Assembly (NCBI GenBank): GCA_964583985.1 | Contig: CAZOYD010000087.1 | Span: forward strand, 1 to 12,202 | Length of the DNA: 12,202 bases | Direction: 5' to 3' | From: an uncultured archaeon | GTDB lineage: Archaea > Asgardarchaeota > Lokiarchaeia > Sigyniarchaeales > SOKP01 | In this document: in pieces, positions 8,068 to 12,202 of the stretch | Numbering within the stretch: position 1 is the stretch's first letter | How the letters are laid out: the number at the start of each line of letters is the position of its first letter | Position numbers and translations under genes: made by a program | Notes under the pieces: generated by a model | Databases searched by the model: none | What the model was told of the DNA's origin: nothing | The model's input: only the letters and a program-made list of their open reading frames with translations

Positions 8068-8634
8068 ATGATTCACGTATTTAAAAGTTCAACGATGACA
8101 GAAAAAATATCACTTGGAATAAAGAAAGTACTATTGATGGGATTAGATAACTCTGGTAAGACATCCATCGCTTTGTGTTTAATGGGAGTGAAGCACTTGT
8201 CATCTTTTTCTTCGCTAAATCCTACTAGAGGAGTTAAAATCGATAAATTCCAAGCATTGAATTCAGAATTCAGCATTTGGGATTTCGGTGGTCAAGAACA
8301 ATTTCGAGAAGGTTATTTAAATGACTTTCAAACCCATATTAAAGGAACCAAGAAATTTTTTTACGTTTTGGACATCCAAGATCGAGAGAGATACGAGGTT
8401 TCATTAGAATATTTAGGGAAAATTGTATCTCTATTAAAAAAATACAAGATAAGTATTGAATTTTCCATATTTTTACATAAATATGATCCCGATTTGGAAA
8501 TCAAAAATTCTAAATTTTATGAAAGAGAGATCAATGAGTTGATAAAGAGCATAAAAAGAATAATTCCAATCGACTTTCCTTACCAAATTTACAAGACTTC
8601 AATTTATACTGTTTTTCAGAAAACATCATTATAA
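8068..8634 (+). CDS. Small Ras-superfamily GTPase, Rag (Gtr1/RagA)/Arf-like
   Basis: G1 KKVLLMGLDNSGKTS, G2 PT, G3 IWDFGGQ, G4 FLHKYD, G5 KTSIY. The ORF-track start at 8035 overlaps the ArsR gene, so ATG 8068 or 8095 is more likely. Confidence 0.93.
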   Translation: MIHVFKSSTMTEKISLGIKKVLLMGLDNSGKTSIALCLMGVKHLSSFSSLNPTRGVKIDKFQALNSEFSIWDFGGQEQFREGYLNDFQTHIKGTKKFFYVLDIQDRERYEVSLEYLGKIVSLLKKYKISIEFSIFLHKYDPDLEIKNSKFYEREINELIKSIKRIIPIDFPYQIYKTSIYTVFQKTSL

Positions 8635-8684
8635 TAAATAAGAAAAGAAAGCATTCCTTCTTTTTAATAAATAAGAAAAGAAAG
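8632..8684 (+). repeat. Exact 20-bp direct repeat (TAATAAATAAGAAAAGAAAG) at 8632-8651 and 8665-8684
   Basis: Read directly. The 13-nt spacer is CATTCCTTCTTTT, and its TTCTTTT can pair with AAAAGAA in either copy. Confidence 0.9.
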
Positions 8685-8831
8685 TGGTGTATTTCATTAA
8701 ATACTGAAAATAATTCAAGTTCCTCAATTTATCATCGAGATTTAGTCGAATATATTATTTTAATAGGGGGTTTATTACTTACCTACTTTATTAGTCTTTA
8801 TAATTACCTTCTATTTCATTCGATTGCAGAG

Positions 8832-10913
8832 ATGATCAGCATTGTTATTTCAGGTGGTATTTTTCTTATCGGTTGGCACTCAAGAAAGTACATGGATAGT
8901 TCCTTCTTTTTAATAATAGGGATTGCCATTCTCTTCACAAGTGGAATTGATTTGCTTCACACCTTGGCTTACACTGGAATGGGAGTCTTTCCTGAATTTG
9001 ATTCAGATCTCCCCACACAATTATGGATTGCCGCTCGATATTGGCAAGCATTCTCTTATTTAATAGCAACTTTTTTTATAAAAAAAAAGATCAAGCATAC
9101 TTATTTATTCTTTATCAATATCATTATATTTTTGGTAATATTGAATCTAATTTTTGGAGGTATCTTCCCCACATGCTACCTCGAAGGCTCTGGTTTAACC
9201 TTATTTAAGAAAATCAGCGAATATGTGATTGATGTAATTTTTTTACTTGCATTAATAGTTTTATATACACATAAAGAGGAGTTCAATCAGAAAGTGTTTC
9301 TTTTAATCACTGTCTCTATTATCACCACTATGATTTCAGAATTAGCATTTACTGTTTACATTAGCGTGTTTGATATTTCAAATTTTATAGGGCATATTTT
9401 TAAAATTATAGCATTTTTCTTCTTGTATAAGGCTATAATCGAATCGGGAATAGAGACACCTTTTGATTTATTGTTTAGGAAGTTGAAATTAAATGAGGAA
9501 ACTTTAATTAACAATGCTATGAAATTGGAAAAAGCCTACTCTGAATTTAACCAAATATTTAACGCTTCTCTACCATTAAGGGTAATAAACAAAAACTACG
9601 ATATTATTAGAGTCAACGATACTTACGCATCCCTCTTCTGCTTATCCAAAGAAGAAATTATCGGTAAAAAATGCTACGACCTTAAATTAGGTTATGAAAA
9701 CCGTTGCCATACCGAAAACTGTTCAATGTATCAAATTAATGAAGGAAAGGTGTATCATGAATACGAGTTAGAAACAATTTTCGCTGATGGAACGAAACTT
9801 GTTAATCTTGCGAGAACAGTTCCCAATAGAGACCCAAATGGTGAATTCATTGGAATTATTCAAAATTATATAGATATAACCGAAAATAAAACCAATCAAG
9901 AAAAACTACAGGTTATGGCAAGGTTTCCAATGGAAAATCCTAATCCTGTGCTGAGAGTGAGTCAAAAATACGTTCTTTTAGCAAATAAAGCGAGTCAGAA
10001 ATTATTTTTAATTGAAGAAGGGAGAAGAGTGCCTGAGATTTTACATGAATATATCAATAAATCCTTATCTGAGAATCAAAATTTAAATTTTGAGTTGAAT
10101 ATTGGAGATCAAATTTATTCGCTGTTTATTGTGCCAATAATAGAAAGTGGATATGCAAATATTTATGGTTTAAACATAACAGCTAGAAAGGAAGCAGAAA
10201 GAAGTTTGAAACGCTTTGTTTCAACAGTCTCTCATGAATTAAGAACACCAGTTTCAGTACTGATTATGTCAATTGATTTTTTAGAGAATCATTCTGATAA
10301 AGTCACTCCAGAAGTAAACAAGAAATTACAAGATGGAATCAAAAAAAACATTTTACTTTTAAAGATATTGATTGATGATATCTTAACATTATCCCGATTA
10401 GATAAGCATGAAGTACAAATAAAATGGATAGAATATAATCCACTTTCAATTGTTGAAAACATTTTAACTTTGATGGAACCTATTGGCAATGATAAAAATA
10501 TTACTTTTAATATTGCTGTCGAAGAAAATATAAAACTTTATGGAGATCCAACAAAAATTGAACAATTATTCCGTATTTTTATCGATAATGCATTAAAATA
10601 TTCAAAAGAAAATAGTAAAATAGAGATTACTGCTATTAATCATTATAAGAGAAAATACAACATTGATGAAAAAGACGGAGTTTTATTTGAATTTAAAGAC
10701 TATGGTGTAGGAATCAAGGAAGAAGATTTACCTTCTATTTTTGAAAGATTTTTTAGATCTGAACAAGTAAGTGATATTCCAGGAACGGGTTTGGGATTAG
10801 CCATCGCCAAAGAATTAATAAAACTTCATGATGGAGAAGTATGGGTTCAAAGTGAATACGGAAAAGGATCCACTTTTTCTATTTTTCTACCAATAATTAT
10901 AAAAAAAAGGTAA
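8832..10913 (+). CDS. Membrane sensor histidine kinase: MASE3 - PAS - PAS - HisKA - HATPase (true N-terminus probably upstream of 8832)
   Basis: MASE3-like motifs DLLHTLAYTGMGVF, TQLWIAARY, SELAFT and NFIGHIFKII. PAS segments end in DITENK and NITARK. H-box SHELRTP (His codon 10233), N-box DNALKY, G1 DYGVG, F-box FERFF, G2 GTGLGL and GKGSTF. The same frame continues upstream as ...NYLLFHSIAE. Confidence 0.95.
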   Translation: MISIVISGGIFLIGWHSRKYMDSSFFLIIGIAILFTSGIDLLHTLAYTGMGVFPEFDSDLPTQLWIAARYWQAFSYLIATFFIKKKIKHTYLFFINIIIFLVILNLIFGGIFPTCYLEGSGLTLFKKISEYVIDVIFLLALIVLYTHKEEFNQKVFLLITVSIITTMISELAFTVYISVFDISNFIGHIFKIIAFFFLYKAIIESGIETPFDLLFRKLKLNEETLINNAMKLEKAYSEFNQIFNASLPLRVINKNYDIIRVNDTYASLFCLSKEEIIGKKCYDLKLGYENRCHTENCSMYQINEGKVYHEYELETIFADGTKLVNLARTVPNRDPNGEFIGIIQNYIDITENKTNQEKLQVMARFPMENPNPVLRVSQKYVLLANKASQKLFLIEEGRRVPEILHEYINKSLSENQNLNFELNIGDQIYSLFIVPIIESGYANIYGLNITARKEAERSLKRFVSTVSHELRTPVSVLIMSIDFLENHSDKVTPEVNKKLQDGIKKNILLLKILIDDILTLSRLDKHEVQIKWIEYNPLSIVENILTLMEPIGNDKNITFNIAVEENIKLYGDPTKIEQLFRIFIDNALKYSKENSKIEITAINHYKRKYNIDEKDGVLFEFKDYGVGIKEEDLPSIFERFFRSEQVSDIPGTGLGLAIAKELIKLHDGEVWVQSEYGKGSTFSIFLPIIIKKR

Positions 10914-10967
10914 ACTAATTTTATTTTAGCCATATAGATTTTTATTAAAACACCAATTCATTCAGAT

Positions 10968-11870
10968 TTGAAACCATTAATTTTAATTGTTGAGGACAAC
11001 GTAGATTTATCATATAACTTAAAGCTAATGATAGATTCAAACAATTATGACGCAGTTATAGCAAAAAACGGGAAGGCAGCTCTGAAGATTTTATCGAATC
11101 TTAAACAGGTTCCTGATATTATTATTAGTGATATAATTATGCCTGAAATGGATGGGTATGAATTTTTCAGAGAGATCTCCAAAGAACCAAAATGGAATCG
11201 GATTCCTTTTGTTTTTCTTTCCGCACGTACAGCTCCTAAAGATATTAGGCTTGGAAGATTATTAGGAGCAGATGATTATTTAACAAAACCTTTCGACGAA
11301 AAAGACTTATTAGCTATTATTTCGGGGAAAATAGCCCGAATTAACAGGATAAACGTATTAAATAATAAAATCGATGAAATTTTCAAGGGTATGAATATCG
11401 AAGTTAAAAAGCCAATTACAAAACATCAAACGTCATATCCTTGCTTGTTAGTAACTTTTTGGGACGATAAGTTTGGTCCTGAATTAAAGCTCTATCACCC
11501 TAAACAGACTAATTTTTCCATTTCTTTGGAGAATATCGCAGCGCAGTTATTTACAGTAGCAACTTCTATTTATGGTAATGATAAAATTTCTAAAGCAGAA
11601 GGGGTTTTATTAAATATCGATAATCTGAATAATCGTGGGTATTTATTTTTTGATTCTTTTCCTGAAATAGATGAAAGATTTGGAGAAAAACAATACATGA
11701 TTGCAATTATCGCTCCATTCATTAATTATTTTCATACATTAGAGATTAGAGAGATATTTATCGATATATCTGATAAAATTAAATGTAAATTGAATTGGAA
11801 CATTGAGAAATATTGGAAAAAAATTTATGACATTTTATCATTAGAGACACCACAGATAGAATCCCATTAA
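10968..11870 (+). CDS. Response regulator: receiver domain fused to a putative longin/uDENN (NPRL2/FLCN/SMCR8-like) output domain
   Basis: REC: ILIVEDN, IISD55IIMPEMDG, FLSA, GADDYLTK107PF. Residues about 157-291 carry WDDKFGP...YHP and a beta-beta-alpha-beta-beta-beta-alpha-alpha pattern. TTG start. The REC call is secure; the longin call is by pattern recognition. Confidence 0.9.
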   Translation: MKPLILIVEDNVDLSYNLKLMIDSNNYDAVIAKNGKAALKILSNLKQVPDIIISDIIMPEMDGYEFFREISKEPKWNRIPFVFLSARTAPKDIRLGRLLGADDYLTKPFDEKDLLAIISGKIARINRINVLNNKIDEIFKGMNIEVKKPITKHQTSYPCLLVTFWDDKFGPELKLYHPKQTNFSISLENIAAQLFTVATSIYGNDKISKAEGVLLNIDNLNNRGYLFFDSFPEIDERFGEKQYMIAIIAPFINYFHTLEIREIFIDISDKIKCKLNWNIEKYWKKIYDILSLETPQIESH

Positions 11871-11911
11871 AATTTATTAGTTCCTAAGAGATTTTTACTT
11901 ACTAATTACGC

Positions 11912-12202
11912 TCAAAAATGAAATAATTCAGTCGATAAATATTTCTCTCCACCATCAGGTAAGAGAACCACAATATTATCATTTTCATTAAAATCTTTTG
12001 AAACTTCATGAATAGCAGCCCATGCACTTGCACCTGATGAAATTCCTGCAAAAATGCCTTCTAATCTCGCTAATTTTCTAGCAGTTGCTATAGCATCTTC
12101 AAATTCAACAGCAATCACTTTTTCATAGATTTTAGTATTCAATACTTCAGGAATAAAACCTGCTCCAATCCCTTGAATTTTATGAGGTCCAGGAGATCCC
12201 CC
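11912..12202 (-). CDS. cysK: Cysteine synthase A (O-acetylserine sulfhydrylase), 3' portion; the gene runs off the window edge
   Basis: The frame is open to the window end: [21 protein letters not shown]...[15 protein letters not shown]...[30 protein letters not shown] is the CysK-type signature. Confidence 0.93.
   Translation of the reverse strand, partial: GGSPGPHKIQGIGAGFIPEVLNTKIYEKVIAVEFEDAIATARKLARLEGIFAGISSGASAWAAIHEVSKDFNENDNIVVLLPDGGEKYLSTELFHF

Noticed and set aside
7020-8084. Selenocysteine read-through of the TGA stops of Lrp and ArsR (also cysK at 11912)
   Set aside because: Read-through adds only short non-descript peptides before TAA, and no SECIS-like structure was recognised.
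8073-10489. Short ORFs 8073-8276(-), 9023-9208(+) and 10289-10489(-)
   Set aside because: Nested in the GTPase or kinase genes, with no independent coding signal.
7044-11870. Signalling block as a tRNA-integrated mobile island (it looks more AT-rich than fwdA)
   Set aside because: No integrase or transposase and no duplicated tRNA end in the window. The composition difference was not quantified and may reflect expression level and TM content.

Overview
AT-rich archaeal window, most likely Asgard/Lokiarchaeia (inferred from fwdA together with a Rag/Arf-like small GTPase and a longin/uDENN-like domain). Left half: stand-alone fwdA, two small Cys4 zinc-ribbon proteins, a GDPD-fold protein with a substituted active site, a membrane protein and a family IV (HSL-like) esterase. 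Right half: a cysteine-themed neighbourhood, with cysS, an unusual tRNA-Cys(GCA) and a Cys-tailed Lrp/AsnC on one side and a partial cysK on the other. The tRNA has a long variable arm and an A18/G55 elbow. Between these lies a co-oriented + strand module: ArsR HTH, Rag-like GTPase, MASE3-PAS-PAS histidine kinase and a response regulator. The regulator's output domain reads as an NPRL2/FLCN/SMCR8-type longin with a candidate arginine finger (R237). Best hypothesis: a two-component phosphorelay that controls a Rag-like GTPase through a REC-longin GAP, analogous to eukaryotic GATOR1/FLCN-Rag nutrient signalling. All calls come from reading motifs by eye; no searches were run.
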